A stretch of 64,000 bases of DNA from a virus (IMGVR_UViG_3300033498_000048:64001-128000); one strand, 5' to 3'. Positions 19,948 through 30,666 are shown, counted from the stretch's first letter. The notes: generated by a model not told the origin, from the letters alone. Program-made: numbers and translations.

Positions 19948-20219
19948 ACCTGCTCAACCTCAAATTTAGTGTTAATTCCATCAATTCTATCCGATGCTAT
20001 ACAATTTCCAGTTATGTAGTTGAGTAATTTATTTCCACAATCATCTTGTTCAAAGAAGCACCCTTGACAAGTATAGCTTCTTTGAACAACACGCAATTTA
20101 ATTAAACCATATCTAAAAATGTTTCCAACTGGTCTATCCTTTAATGTAAAGTACAATTTATATGTTTCCCATTTTGTTGTTAGTGTTTTACTTTTCATAT
20201 ACGGAATCGTTGAGTCCAC
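19944..20219 (-). CDS. hypothetical protein
   Basis: ORF track; CQGCFF...CIASDR. Confidence 0.55.
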   Translation of the reverse strand: MDSTIPYMKSKTLTTKWETYKLYFTLKDRPVGNIFRYGLIKLRVVQRSYTCQGCFFEQDDCGNKLLNYITGNCIASDRIDGINTKFEVEQV

Positions 20220-20264
20220 CTAATTACCAACATCATAAACTTTCGATATTAATAGTTTCAATTA

Positions 20265-20621
20265 CTAAATGTTTTCTACTTCAATTCTAATATTTTGTAC
20301 ACAATCATCTATTAGTATATGATAGTTACTATTTTTATCAAATCTAAGAAAATTTAAGAAACTAATAAACTTACAATTAGTTTCTACGAAATCGCTAGTA
20401 TTAAACCATTTTATTCTTCTGTTAGTATATTCTTTCTTCATTAAATCTTCTAAAGAAGGAAATTCAATAATCTTAACATTTAATACATTTTCTAATGTAG
20501 GTTTAATATCTTCATTAAATACTTTTTTATCGTTGTCATCCCATATAGCTGCTGAAAAGATATTAACCTCTTTAATATTATTGTTATCTCTTAAGAACTT
20601 TCTTATCTTCTTTTCATTCAT
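20265..20621 (-). CDS. hypothetical protein
   Basis: ORF track. Confidence 0.5.
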   Translation of the reverse strand: MNEKKIRKFLRDNNNIKEVNIFSAAIWDDNDKKVFNEDIKPTLENVLNVKIIEFPSLEDLMKKEYTNRRIKWFNTSDFVETNCKFISFLNFLRFDKNSNYHILIDDCVQNIRIEVENI

Positions 20622-20705
20622 AATAGAATTAGGACTAAAACTAAGAAAATCACTCCAAGAACTGATAATAGTTCCTTCTAAATCTAACCAAATTGTTTTA
20701 TTCAG

Positions 20706-20984
20706 CTAAACCCCTCTTATCGGTGCTATCTTATCTTTCATAAATCGTTTTGTAAGCTTGTCAAAGTGTTTTTCTAATAGCACATATGTCGCGTCAATCA
20801 TTTCATTGTAGTCTACAATAGCATCATATTCAGTTAAATGGAATTTATACTTTGACTTTGACCAATGCTCAAAGCCAGCATTGCGAACAATTAATAACAA
20901 CCCAATTAATTTACCATTTAACTTGGTTGTTATCCTTGTCATTGTATCATCGTTATTTGTGGTAACGTCAATCACACCCTTCAC
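20706..20984 (-). CDS. hypothetical protein
   Basis: ORF track, GGAG RBS. Confidence 0.55.
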   Translation of the reverse strand: MKGVIDVTTNNDDTMTRITTKLNGKLIGLLLIVRNAGFEHWSKSKYKFHLTEYDAIVDYNEMIDATYVLLEKHFDKLTKRFMKDKIAPIRGV

Positions 20985-21084
20985 TGGAGGTATTTTTGAT
21001 ATTTTTTTCTTTTTCCAAAAGAGTTAAAGTCATTTTTGTTTCCTATTAAGTAGTTGGATGTTAAATAAATCAAACATTAGAGTT

Positions 21085-21609
21085 TCACCAATAGCAAATC
21101 ATGTTTTCACCTTGAATGAATTTTGATAAGATATTAGTACGAAACGAACGATTGAAGTAATTAAGATAATGTAATGCTGCTTCGTCTCCAGTTACTATAA
21201 ATCCACCAGTGTCCCATACCCCTTCTGAATAAAACCTTGCATTAGCTCCCTTACGCTGATAACCAACCTCTTTGTAGTATAATACTGGTTCTATTTCAGT
21301 ATAACACGGACTATTAATCCTAGTGTTAAATGTGATAAAATCAATATCTTCTAAATCACTGCCAATCTTGTTTTTTGGAATAAAGTCATACTTTCTCCCA
21401 CAACTTGAATACAACTCATAATCATTGTAATTTAATCCACGCCGTTTGAATAATTTAATCCAATCAATATATTCAATTGGTTCGTGTTCGATGTAACCTT
21501 TAAAATAAGTAGATACTCTGTTAAGGATGTTTCCACGTTTAAGTGTAATAGAACCTGTAGACATATCTTGTACACATGGTTCTATTAAATAAATATCAAG
21601 ACCCATCAC
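21085..21609 (-). CDS. conserved phage hypothetical protein
   Basis: MGLDIYL...EVGYQRKGAN motif. Confidence 0.65.
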   Translation of the reverse strand: MMGLDIYLIEPCVQDMSTGSITLKRGNILNRVSTYFKGYIEHEPIEYIDWIKLFKRRGLNYNDYELYSSCGRKYDFIPKNKIGSDLEDIDFITFNTRINSPCYTEIEPVLYYKEVGYQRKGANARFYSEGVWDTGGFIVTGDEAALHYLNYFNRSFRTNILSKFIQGENMICYW

Positions 21610-21615
21610 TATCCC

Positions 21616-21861
21616 CTAAATACAAACACATAATCTAAATAATTGCATTTCTGCAATAGTAAACAAACATTTCATAATGCGTATCCTTGACCAGTATATT
21701 CTGGATTCAATTGCTTTAAATGTTTTTAATGCTTCTAAGTTCCATTGGTTTAATGATGGTAGCCATGTGTCGTGAATCACGGCAGTTCTATCACAATTAA
21801 ATCTATATACGGTTGAGTACATTTTTTGTGGTTTTGTTAATGGTCTAATTTTCATTATCAT
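21616..21861 (-). CDS. hypothetical protein
   Basis: ORF track. Confidence 0.5.
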   Translation of the reverse strand: MIMKIRPLTKPQKMYSTVYRFNCDRTAVIHDTWLPSLNQWNLEALKTFKAIESRIYWSRIRIMKCLFTIAEMQLFRLCVCI

Positions 21862-22024
21862 TTGCTCTCTTAATTGTGTCCATATTAAAATACTCGGTTG
21901 GAATATAATAGCAACTTTTACCTGAAATTAAACATAATTCAGTAATTGTAATGCCACCATTATCAATCCAAGCATATTTAATATTGACATTCGATTGAAT
22001 GCTATTTCTGAATCTGATATTTGT

Positions 22025-22240
22025 TTATTCATCTTCATTATCCACCTCTACTAGATAAATTTGTTCTTCATAATTTGAAGGTGTTACTTTTAATGGAAAC
22101 TCTATCACATAATCATTCGCAACATCAAATGTATAAAATTGTCGTCCGTTGATTTTCACACCAGTCACAATTTGTTTAAATTTTAATCCACGACATTTTG
22201 ATTTGTGGTACAAGTTACTATATTGTTCTTTTGTTATCAC
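22025..22240 (-). CDS. hypothetical protein
   Basis: ORF track, promoter directly upstream. Confidence 0.55.
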   Translation of the reverse strand: MITKEQYSNLYHKSKCRGLKFKQIVTGVKINGRQFYTFDVANDYVIEFPLKVTPSNYEEQIYLVEVDNEDE

Positions 22241-22273
22241 TATATTAACTACCGTTTAAGTATTAGTTTTCAA

Positions 22274-22302
22274 ATTATAGTCAATTTAATATTCAATGTC
22301 AA
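22274..22302 (-). promoter_or_regulatory. sigma70-like early promoter
   Basis: Perfect TTGACA-N17-TATAAT. Confidence 0.75.
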
Positions 22303-22328
22303 TACATTTGTTACGCTAAAAGTAAATT

Positions 22329-23112
22329 GGAACAACTATTATAATTAACTAACACGTCCAAGTGCTAACTTATTGATTTAATTGAATTATGGTAAAATGC
22401 TTAATAAACAGTTAGTTAGCACTTAGACACATTAGGTAATTACTAACACGATGCAAGTGCTAACCCATTGATTGTTGGTATTCATGTCAATTATTAAGAA
22501 TCAATAAGTTAGCACTTGGACGTGTTAGTTAATTATAATACTGTCTAAGTGCTAACCCATTGATTTAACTGGCTTATGGTGAAAATGTTTAATAAACAAG
22601 TTAGTTAGCATTTAGAAGACCATCTGCAAGTGCTAACAGTCACTTAACAAGTAACTTTGTAAGATATTAACTCATCTACAAAAAATTCATCCAAGCCTCT
22701 TTGTGTAATGGTTCAGTAAGATATGTAAAGATACTATTAATTTCACTACTAACAAATTTAATACATTATCCATTTTATGCTCCACATTTACCATTAGTTG
22801 TAATTTATAAAAGTATAGTCATTTGACAGTCCGATGTCAACTATCAGTGTATATTCATGTCAATTATGAAGAATCAATGACTTAGCACTTGGAACGGTTA
22901 TATAACTAACTAACACCATCAAGTGCTAACTTATTGATTTGATTGAGTTATGATAAAGACTTAATAAGCAGTCAGTTAGCACTTAGAATCACTCAATAAG
23001 GTGCTAACGCTTAATAATTGACAACGAATAGATAACACAACCAACTATCAATGAGTTAGCACTTGCAACCATTATATAATTAATACACCCATGTAAGTGC
23101 TAACTTATTGAT
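22329..23112. repeat. 66-bp dyad element cluster C (5 units incl. one lacking left arm, plus 2 short-core variants)
   Basis: Cores 22329-22359, 22425-22454, 22518-22546, 22891-22920, 23065-23094; 14-nt-core variants 22614-22627 and 22985-22998. Confidence 0.93.
22812..22840 (-). promoter_or_regulatory. sigma70-like promoter inside cluster C
   Basis: TTGACA-N17-TATACT. Confidence 0.65.
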
Positions 23113-23121
23113 TCTCAGTGG

Positions 23122-23129
23122 TATAAATA
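23122..23129 (+). promoter_or_regulatory. T4-type late promoter
   Basis: TATAAATA upstream of GGAG RBS and ATG 23165. Confidence 0.7.
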
Positions 23130-23164
23130 ATTGACAATGTAGTGATATAGCTTAACGGAGTCAA

Positions 23165-24733
23165 ATGACAGATTTATACACAGAAAACATAACACTCAAT
23201 ATGCGATTTGAAGGAACAAACAATTCCACAACATTCGTAGATGATTGTGAACAAGTTTTTATTACAAATGGAAATGCCAAACTCAGTAATGCTAAACAGA
23301 AATATGGAACAACATCTGGGTTCTTTGATGGTAATGGAAGTTATTTGTATCTGGCTGGAAATAATATATTTAATTTATCATCCGATGATTTCACTATTGA
23401 AGCTTATGTGAATTTGATTGCAATGCCAACTTCAGATGCTTGGCCCAGCAACTATTCTAATCACATGGTTATATGTGAAACAGGTTCTCCAAATGCTAGT
23501 GATGGTTTTGCATTCTTTATGGGAACTACTAAGTTGTTTTTGATGTCCAATGACCCTGTTATTTTCAGTGCAACACACAATATGGTAATTAACACTTGGT
23601 ATCACGTTGCTGTTACTAGACAGGCTAATACGATGTATATGTTTGTTAATGGAACGTTAATTGGCACTGATACATGGGCTGGAACTTGTGGTACTGGGTC
23701 TGAAACATACATTGGTTGTGAAACAGGACAAGGTGCGTGGTTTAATGGTTATATAGATGAATTGAGGGTAACAAGAAAGATAGCAAGATATACTTCAAGT
23801 TTCACTCCAATACAAATTGATACATTATCAAGATTACAATTTAGTCCAGAATTATATAATTCAAATGTTGTATTAAACCTTAGAATGGATGGAAACAATG
23901 GCTCGAATGTGTTTTATGATGATACAAACCTTAATTCAATTTCTGTTAGTAATGCAATACTATCAAATGTCCAGTCTAAGTATGGAACAGTATCTGGATA
24001 TTTTAATGGTAGTTCATATTTACAATTGACTGCTAATAGTGGATTAGATTTAAGTACAAGCGATTTTACAATTGAATTTTGGTGTTATTGTAATGATAGT
24101 CCAAATTCATACCCATCATATATTACATCTGGAACTACTTGGGTATCTGGCTCATTTGTTATTAGATTTGATGATACTAGATACCCAAGTAAATTTGTTG
24201 TTGCGTGGAATCCACTTGGAGATACATTTTTACTAACCCCAACTACCTTTTCATACAATCAATGGAGACACGTTGCAGTAGCTAGAGATGGTAAACTTGT
24301 AAGGTTGTTTATTGATGGGGTTATACAAGCAACTAACACAGTTACAGTATCACAAACGTTAAATCTTGCATTTGGTGGATATATGCGAATTGGGTACAAT
24401 TACTTGGATGTTACTAATGGTTACATAACAGACTATATGGATGAAGTTAGAATCACAAAGGGAGTTTGCCGTTATAAACGGAATTTTATTCCAAATAGAA
24501 TTGGTGGATATAAAACCATATCAGGTGTTGTTAATTCATCTAGTGGAATGTCAGTTGCTAATGTGTTGGTTAGGTTATATTCAAATACGGATGGAAACTT
24601 AATCAAATCAACATATAGTAATTTTGATGGAACATTCACATTTACTGGTATGTGGACTGGAGATTATTATATAACTTGCCACTATGATGATTATCCTAAT
24701 ATTATTTTAAATAAAAAGGTTTCAATAGCATGA
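23165..24733 (+). CDS. virion protein, two LamG domains + C-terminal carboxypeptidase-regulatory-like domain
   Basis: MRFEGTNNSTTF..KYGTTSGFFDG..DFTIEAY..WYHVAVTR..GYIDELRVT repeated twice; ISGVV..VLVRLY..DGTFTF. Confidence 0.8.
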   Translation: MTDLYTENITLNMRFEGTNNSTTFVDDCEQVFITNGNAKLSNAKQKYGTTSGFFDGNGSYLYLAGNNIFNLSSDDFTIEAYVNLIAMPTSDAWPSNYSNHMVICETGSPNASDGFAFFMGTTKLFLMSNDPVIFSATHNMVINTWYHVAVTRQANTMYMFVNGTLIGTDTWAGTCGTGSETYIGCETGQGAWFNGYIDELRVTRKIARYTSSFTPIQIDTLSRLQFSPELYNSNVVLNLRMDGNNGSNVFYDDTNLNSISVSNAILSNVQSKYGTVSGYFNGSSYLQLTANSGLDLSTSDFTIEFWCYCNDSPNSYPSYITSGTTWVSGSFVIRFDDTRYPSKFVVAWNPLGDTFLLTPTTFSYNQWRHVAVARDGKLVRLFIDGVIQATNTVTVSQTLNLAFGGYMRIGYNYLDVTNGYITDYMDEVRITKGVCRYKRNFIPNRIGGYKTISGVVNSSSGMSVANVLVRLYSNTDGNLIKSTYSNFDGTFTFTGMWTGDYYITCHYDDYPNIILNKKVSIA

Positions 24734-27700
24734 CAGTAAATTATACTGATATTATTAATAATGATAATCCATTATGGTATTACCCATTACAAGATGTGTC
24801 TGGTCCAAACCTAATGGAATCTAATGGAAAAAGCTTTGCAACATCAACATCAATTGTATGTGAAACTAAAATGGATAACACAGCAATTTTTAATGGGATT
24901 AAATTTGATGGAACCAACTCAACTATTGTATTACCATTCACAACAAACTTTTTAGAGTTTTCTATTAGTTTTTGGTTGATTCCATTAACTGGCTCACAAT
25001 CTGGTGGAAGTGTAATCGGTCATCGAGATTTTATTGTGTTTCCATTTTCAATATCATTATCACAAGACGGAACACAATTAACATTTAGTTTAGATACGGG
25101 AAAAGATACATTAACTGATTTGAATTTAGTTGTTAATGTTATTCCAGATAAATTGTATCATATTGGATTCACACGCAATTCAATTAGTGGATTAAATTCA
25201 ATTTACTTAAACGGTATATTAGTTTCAACTGGAATATTAATTGGTACATTAGCATTCTATTCAGGGAATTGGATGATAGGAACATCGAATGAATATGGTG
25301 GAGGTGTTGGTACATCAAAAGGTAAGTTTATTATTAGCCATGTTTCATTTTTCGATTATGTTTTAACAAATGTACAATTCCAGAATCACTATTGGAATGG
25401 AATATCTAATGTGTATGTGAACGATTCATCTACAGTTAATGATGAACATTTTAATAAGGTTGAATTACTAACACATTGTGAACAATTGAATACAATAGCT
25501 GACCCATACCTAAAAAATGTGTGTTTGTTATTACATTTTAATGGACAAAACAACACTTCTGAATTTAAGGATGTTACAAACAAACAAATAGTTCCAATTG
25601 GTAATGCTTATATGAGTACAACTCAAAAAAAGTTTGGAACATCGTCTGGTTATTTTAATTCAGATTCTAAATTGCATATTACACATAAAGATTTTAATTT
25701 TGGATTAAATGATTTTACAATTGAGTTTTGTTTTTATTTACCAACTACAATTACCGTTGATAACTTTTCTTATATGTTTGATTTTAGAAACAATGTTACA
25801 CCTAATGGTGGATTATATTGTTATGTTGATTCCAATATGATATTGAAAGTTGTTGCAAATGGAATAACCATTAGCTGTAATACCACATTAACTATTAACA
25901 ATTGGTATTCAATTGTGGTTTGTAGAGATGGTGAAGCAGTAACAATATTTAATAATGGAATAATTGATATTGTGTCTCCAATGTCAGTTGTATTATCGAA
26001 TGATACATTAAATATTGGTGGTCCATATCAATATCAAGGAAACCCATCATTTCCAGTTTATATAGATGAATTTAGGGTTACAAGGTTATTATCAAGATAC
26101 AGATATGATTGTGACATTAGTGTTCCAATATCAGAATTTCAATATCAAATTGACTCAACCTACGATGGTTATAGTGGATATACAACATTAAGTATGGATT
26201 TCAATTACCCTAAAATTTGTGAGTTAGCTAGAAACGCAATTGTAATTCCAGTTAATTTTACATTAAGTAAAAATCAAATTAAATCTGGAACATCGAGTGG
26301 GTATTTTAATGGAGTGAACTCATATATTGAGTTAGCTAATATAGTAGATTATAACTTATCACATTTTGATTTTACAATTGAACTCGATATACATTTAATT
26401 GGTCATTCTAATACTGGTAATTCAATATTGGTTGCTAAAGGTAGTGAATTTACATTTTATATAACAGAAACAACTATCACAATTCAAGGATTCAATACAA
26501 ACTCAAATCAATCAATAGTTGGAGCATTCATATTCCAATTAAATACTTGGTACAATATTGCAATATCAAGAATAGGGAATGATTTGTTCATATATGTAGA
26601 TGGCAATATTGTGAATACGCAATCGTTTTTTGATATTGAACTTAATATAACAAATAGTCCACTACGAATTGGAGGTAATACTGAACACTTTTTTAATGGT
26701 TATATTGACAACTTTAGGATAACAAGAGGAATATCGAAGTACAATAAACGATATGTTCCAATGAAATTATTACCAATATTCCAACAGGGTATAACATCAA
26801 ATAAGTCACTCCAGTTTAATACAACCCAACGATACATATCTAGTTCAATAAAACGGTTTAAGAAAACTTCAATGTTGTTTAATAATTCAAATGGGTATTA
26901 TGATAAACAAATTGACTTCAGCAATAAAGACTTCACTATTGAACTATGGTACTATAAAATTGCAAATGGTGAAATTAATTCGAGATTGATACAAACTTCT
27001 AATGGTAGTACAATGTCTTCTATAGCACTAATTGATAATGTAAATGGAAGTCTATCATTTGCTTGTAGTATTGATGGTACAACATGGGCTAATGGTACAT
27101 ATCCACAAATATGTACATTAGTATTAGGTGTATGGAATCATATAGCAATCACTAGATGTGCTGGTGATGTATCAGTGTGGATAAATGGTATTTCAATGTA
27201 TTCATATAACATTGGAACATCAAGTTTATATTTCAATTCAAGCACGGATAAAATCTATATTGGAGGTGTTCCAGGAAATTCAATACACGGTTATATTGAT
27301 GATATTAGAATAACGTTAGGTGTTGCCAGATATAATAATAATTTTACTATTCCACAATTTGAATTTCCTGATTCAACAACATACACGCATTACTATAACA
27401 AGTATGATATGAATTTTAAACAGGTTGCGTTCCTATTGGGTGGAACTAATACAATAATTGATTGTAGTGTTAATAATATCGAATTAGTCTTATATGGTAA
27501 TTCCATCGCATTAACAACTGAAAAAACTGTGTTTGGAAAAAGTATTAAATCTACAAATCAATCTGATTACATCGTAACTAATGCACGTCAAGAGTTAAGG
27601 TTTAATAATTCAGATTTTACAATTGATTGCTGGATATTACCTATGACATCTTCCAATTCAATTTTATTAGATGGTCGACCAACAAATACTAATGGTGAAT

Positions 27701-28386
27701 ACCTTACAATCGGTATTAATGATAATAAACTTGAATTGATTAGTGGAGGTGTGATTATATTAACTAGCAATATTACAATTATTCCACTAACATGGAATCA
27801 CATATCAATTACTAGGTTGAATGATGTTATCACAATGTACATACAAGGAATAAAAGATACGTCCACTATATTCCATAACCAATTTAAACAAGATAGGTTT
27901 ATAATACTTGCATCAGCATACAACACTGGAGTATCAAATACATTTATAGGGTTTATTGAAGATTTAAGAATATCTCTTGGGATATGTAGATATATTGGTA
28001 ATTTTGAATTACCAACAAGTAGTTATTTAAAATCGAGTGATTTGGCATGGACACCATTTACTCCAATTGTAAATGACCCTAATGATATTGTGATTACGTT
28101 TCCAATGAATTGGGTTAATAATGAAGTATTGGATCCAGATAATATATTAATTAGTTTTGCTGGGTATAAGTTTACTGGTAAAGCATTGAAGGATGATTAT
28201 ACCCCAGCAAGTTTAGTTAGTATTCATAGTGAAGATGGAACTGAATATTATACACAAATTCCAGAACAAGTTACTGGTGCTTATTCTTTTTCCAATTTAC
28301 ATTATAAACTATATTACATAACAGTTGATTCGTCTGGAGATTACTTACCACATACTATCGGTCCAGTTTATCCAGATTTAATGTAG
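24730..28386 (+). CDS. large virion protein with about 5 LamG domains (fibre/adhesin-like)
   Basis: Repeated DFTIE(F/L)...W(Y/N)HIAI(S/T)R...GYIDDIRIT.G motifs over 1218 aa. Confidence 0.8.
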   Translation: MTVNYTDIINNDNPLWYYPLQDVSGPNLMESNGKSFATSTSIVCETKMDNTAIFNGIKFDGTNSTIVLPFTTNFLEFSISFWLIPLTGSQSGGSVIGHRDFIVFPFSISLSQDGTQLTFSLDTGKDTLTDLNLVVNVIPDKLYHIGFTRNSISGLNSIYLNGILVSTGILIGTLAFYSGNWMIGTSNEYGGGVGTSKGKFIISHVSFFDYVLTNVQFQNHYWNGISNVYVNDSSTVNDEHFNKVELLTHCEQLNTIADPYLKNVCLLLHFNGQNNTSEFKDVTNKQIVPIGNAYMSTTQKKFGTSSGYFNSDSKLHITHKDFNFGLNDFTIEFCFYLPTTITVDNFSYMFDFRNNVTPNGGLYCYVDSNMILKVVANGITISCNTTLTINNWYSIVVCRDGEAVTIFNNGIIDIVSPMSVVLSNDTLNIGGPYQYQGNPSFPVYIDEFRVTRLLSRYRYDCDISVPISEFQYQIDSTYDGYSGYTTLSMDFNYPKICELARNAIVIPVNFTLSKNQIKSGTSSGYFNGVNSYIELANIVDYNLSHFDFTIELDIHLIGHSNTGNSILVAKGSEFTFYITETTITIQGFNTNSNQSIVGAFIFQLNTWYNIAISRIGNDLFIYVDGNIVNTQSFFDIELNITNSPLRIGGNTEHFFNGYIDNFRITRGISKYNKRYVPMKLLPIFQQGITSNKSLQFNTTQRYISSSIKRFKKTSMLFNNSNGYYDKQIDFSNKDFTIELWYYKIANGEINSRLIQTSNGSTMSSIALIDNVNGSLSFACSIDGTTWANGTYPQICTLVLGVWNHIAITRCAGDVSVWINGISMYSYNIGTSSLYFNSSTDKIYIGGVPGNSIHGYIDDIRITLGVARYNNNFTIPQFEFPDSTTYTHYYNKYDMNFKQVAFLLGGTNTIIDCSVNNIELVLYGNSIALTTEKTVFGKSIKSTNQSDYIVTNARQELRFNNSDFTIDCWILPMTSSNSILLDGRPTNTNGEYLTIGINDNKLELISGGVIILTSNITIIPLTWNHISITRLNDVITMYIQGIKDTSTIFHNQFKQDRFIILASAYNTGVSNTFIGFIEDLRISLGICRYIGNFELPTSSYLKSSDLAWTPFTPIVNDPNDIVITFPMNWVNNEVLDPDNILISFAGYKFTGKALKDDYTPASLVSIHSEDGTEYYTQIPEQVTGAYSFSNLHYKLYYITVDSSGDYLPHTIGPVYPDLM

Positions 28387-28594
28387 TAATTTTATGTTTT
28401 TCAAGTGCTACTTTAATTTGTTAATCGGCTATTCCAAATTTGCCCCATAAATCGTGTATTGGAGACACGAAAGTTTTTCCTTTGATGTCCATATACTTTA
28501 AATGTGCATGGTATGAACATGGTAAAGAACATCAACTATGATAATAGATTCACCAACATTAAACTCCATTACTGGAGATGTTGATGTGTGCTTA

Positions 28595-28810
28595 TTAATT
28601 GAATGTTAGTTGTTTACCTTTATAAAGAGGATTTAAACGTTTTTTCGCATATTTAAACACCATACTCTTATTGAAATGTCCACGTTTAGATTTTATTGGA
28701 CAAAACAACTTGGCTTCAGTTGTATCATGTTCACTTTTAACTACTCCACAATTTTTACAAGACAAATCAGATGTTACAACTTTAGCCATTATATCAATTT
28801 GGTCATACAT
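28595..28810 (-). CDS. hypothetical protein (CxxC)
   Basis: ORF track. Confidence 0.5.
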   Translation of the reverse strand: MYDQIDIMAKVVTSDLSCKNCGVVKSEHDTTEAKLFCPIKSKRGHFNKSMVFKYAKKRLNPLYKGKQLTFN

Positions 28811-28856
28811 TTTGTTACTCCAATATCATTGAATTGTGGTTGTTAAGCAATACAAC

Positions 28857-29225
28857 TTACCATGGAACACTTTCCCATCTAATTGTTTTAACTTCTATTG
28901 GATGAACTTTTGTTGGGTCTTCCCACACCAATTTACCACCAGTAACACCCCAATTACCGATGTAATCAAGATATACCTTATCTTGAGGTGCATCAGCATA
29001 ATATAACAATATCGTTGCAGTTGATTCAAAGTCATCTTTACACAAATTAACCTCTTTGCAGCGTAAAATGGACTTTTTGTTATTTCTTTGTAAATATTCA
29101 ATAATATCTTCTGGATTGTGAATATCGAATGCTAGTGCATTAATTTGTCCAGACTCAGTTTTATCAACCTCTTGTTGAATAGTTGACATTAACTCAGCAT
29201 ACGATTGTTCGGATAATTTTTTCAT
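28857..29225 (-). CDS. hypothetical protein
   Basis: ORF track. Confidence 0.55.
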   Translation of the reverse strand: MKKLSEQSYAELMSTIQQEVDKTESGQINALAFDIHNPEDIIEYLQRNNKKSILRCKEVNLCKDDFESTATILLYYADAPQDKVYLDYIGNWGVTGGKLVWEDPTKVHPIEVKTIRWESVPW

Positions 29226-29239
29226 TTGTGTGTTCCGTA

Positions 29240-29845
29240 TTATATTAAAGTTATATTAAACTGTTCTTCAAACTCACTAACTGTCAAGTTTTTTCTAGCT
29301 TTAACGATAGCATCTCTACCAAACTTAGCTGTAAGTGTTTTTAAGTCTAACTGTTCGTACAATTCTTTCCACACCTTTTCGATTGGAGTGTTTTTCAACG
29401 ATTGCCGTTTTTTAGTATCAGCCTTTTGTTTTTTTGATATATCCAATTGCTCAATATGATTATGGATAATGTGCTGTGCTTCTTGTAACGACATATTCAC
29501 TGGTAAATCATATAAATCAGATGGAAAGTTGTCAAATTTACCACTGGCTGCAATAACGCTATCGACATTTACTGCATCAATTATAAACATTGCAGCCACA
29601 TATGCAGCTTCGCGTGAATCAGCATAATAACCACCTTTCCACACCTTTGAAGTGTTGTGCATCATATTTGATTTGTCTGTAACTTTAGCGTGTAAGAATG
29701 ACACTTCTGGAGAAAACGGAAAATCAACATTAGCACGATTTGATAGGTTTAATGTAACTCCATAATACCCACATCTGTTGTTTGTGCGTTGTCCACATTC
29801 AATTACAACATCAGTTGATAATTCGTATAACATAATATTTCTCAC
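29240..29845 (-). CDS. putative AP2-like DNA-binding protein
   Basis: NNRCGYYGVT...WKGGYYADSREAAYVA resembles AP2 domain signature. Confidence 0.4.
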   Translation of the reverse strand: MRNIMLYELSTDVVIECGQRTNNRCGYYGVTLNLSNRANVDFPFSPEVSFLHAKVTDKSNMMHNTSKVWKGGYYADSREAAYVAAMFIIDAVNVDSVIAASGKFDNFPSDLYDLPVNMSLQEAQHIIHNHIEQLDISKKQKADTKKRQSLKNTPIEKVWKELYEQLDLKTLTAKFGRDAIVKARKNLTVSEFEEQFNITLI

Positions 29846-29896
29846 TAAGTAATTTACGATGTTGAATATAACATACCCAACATCGAGTCAAGTCAA

Positions 29897-30085
29897 CTAC
29901 TCATTTAAAAGATATTTAACGTTTGGAGTATTGGATAGTTTTTGGCTTAACCAGTGTTCAAATGTAATTGACGCATTTAGGTTGAGTCCAGCATTAATAG
30001 CCATGTGGTGTTGATACTCATTGAGGTATTTTGTCATATCATCTTGTGATATGATTGGAACATCTTGTTTTACGATTGTTGTCAT
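29897..30085 (-). CDS. hypothetical protein
   Basis: ORF track. Confidence 0.45.
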   Translation of the reverse strand: MTTIVKQDVPIISQDDMTKYLNEYQHHMAINAGLNLNASITFEHWLSQKLSNTPNVKYLLNE

Positions 30086-30666
30086 TTTGACTTTCCTTTT
30101 TGGTAAATAATTTCTAAAATTTCATTCAAGTTCCATGGAGTTTGATTCAATCTAGTATCAATTCCAACATCAAACATTTTACCAGTTGGTTTTCGTGAGC
30201 CATGCAAATGTCCGTGTAGCCACAAATCATAAGGTTTACTGGTCAAATCCTCAATCTCGGCTTGTATAAAATCTGGAATCCTACCTGTTGGGTCGATAAT
30301 CGGGTAATGTGAACAAATGATAATTAGACCATTGATATTCAATTCCATACATCCAGTGGTATGTGAAACTAACCTTGATTTGAATGATGTACTTGTTTTT
30401 ATACCACTATCGTGGTTTCCAAAACACATATGAACATTTTTACAGTTAATCCTATCAATGAACTCTACACACTTGGTATTTGAACAAAATCCAAAGTCTC
30501 CCAAATGGTACAATACATCGTCAGTGTTTACCATGCTATTAATTCCATTAATAATAGCTGTATTCATTTCATCTAGTGATGTGAATCCATTTCTAGTATC
30601 TGGACAATACTTTTGGATATTTTTATGATTGAAATGCCAATCAGATGTGAAGTAAATTCCACTCAT
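30082..30666 (-). CDS. calcineurin-like metallophosphoesterase
   Basis: SDWHFNH, HLGDF, GNHD, HYP, HGHLH. Confidence 0.9.
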   Translation of the reverse strand: MSGIYFTSDWHFNHKNIQKYCPDTRNGFTSLDEMNTAIINGINSMVNTDDVLYHLGDFGFCSNTKCVEFIDRINCKNVHMCFGNHDSGIKTSTSFKSRLVSHTTGCMELNINGLIIICSHYPIIDPTGRIPDFIQAEIEDLTSKPYDLWLHGHLHGSRKPTGKMFDVGIDTRLNQTPWNLNEILEIIYQKGKSK

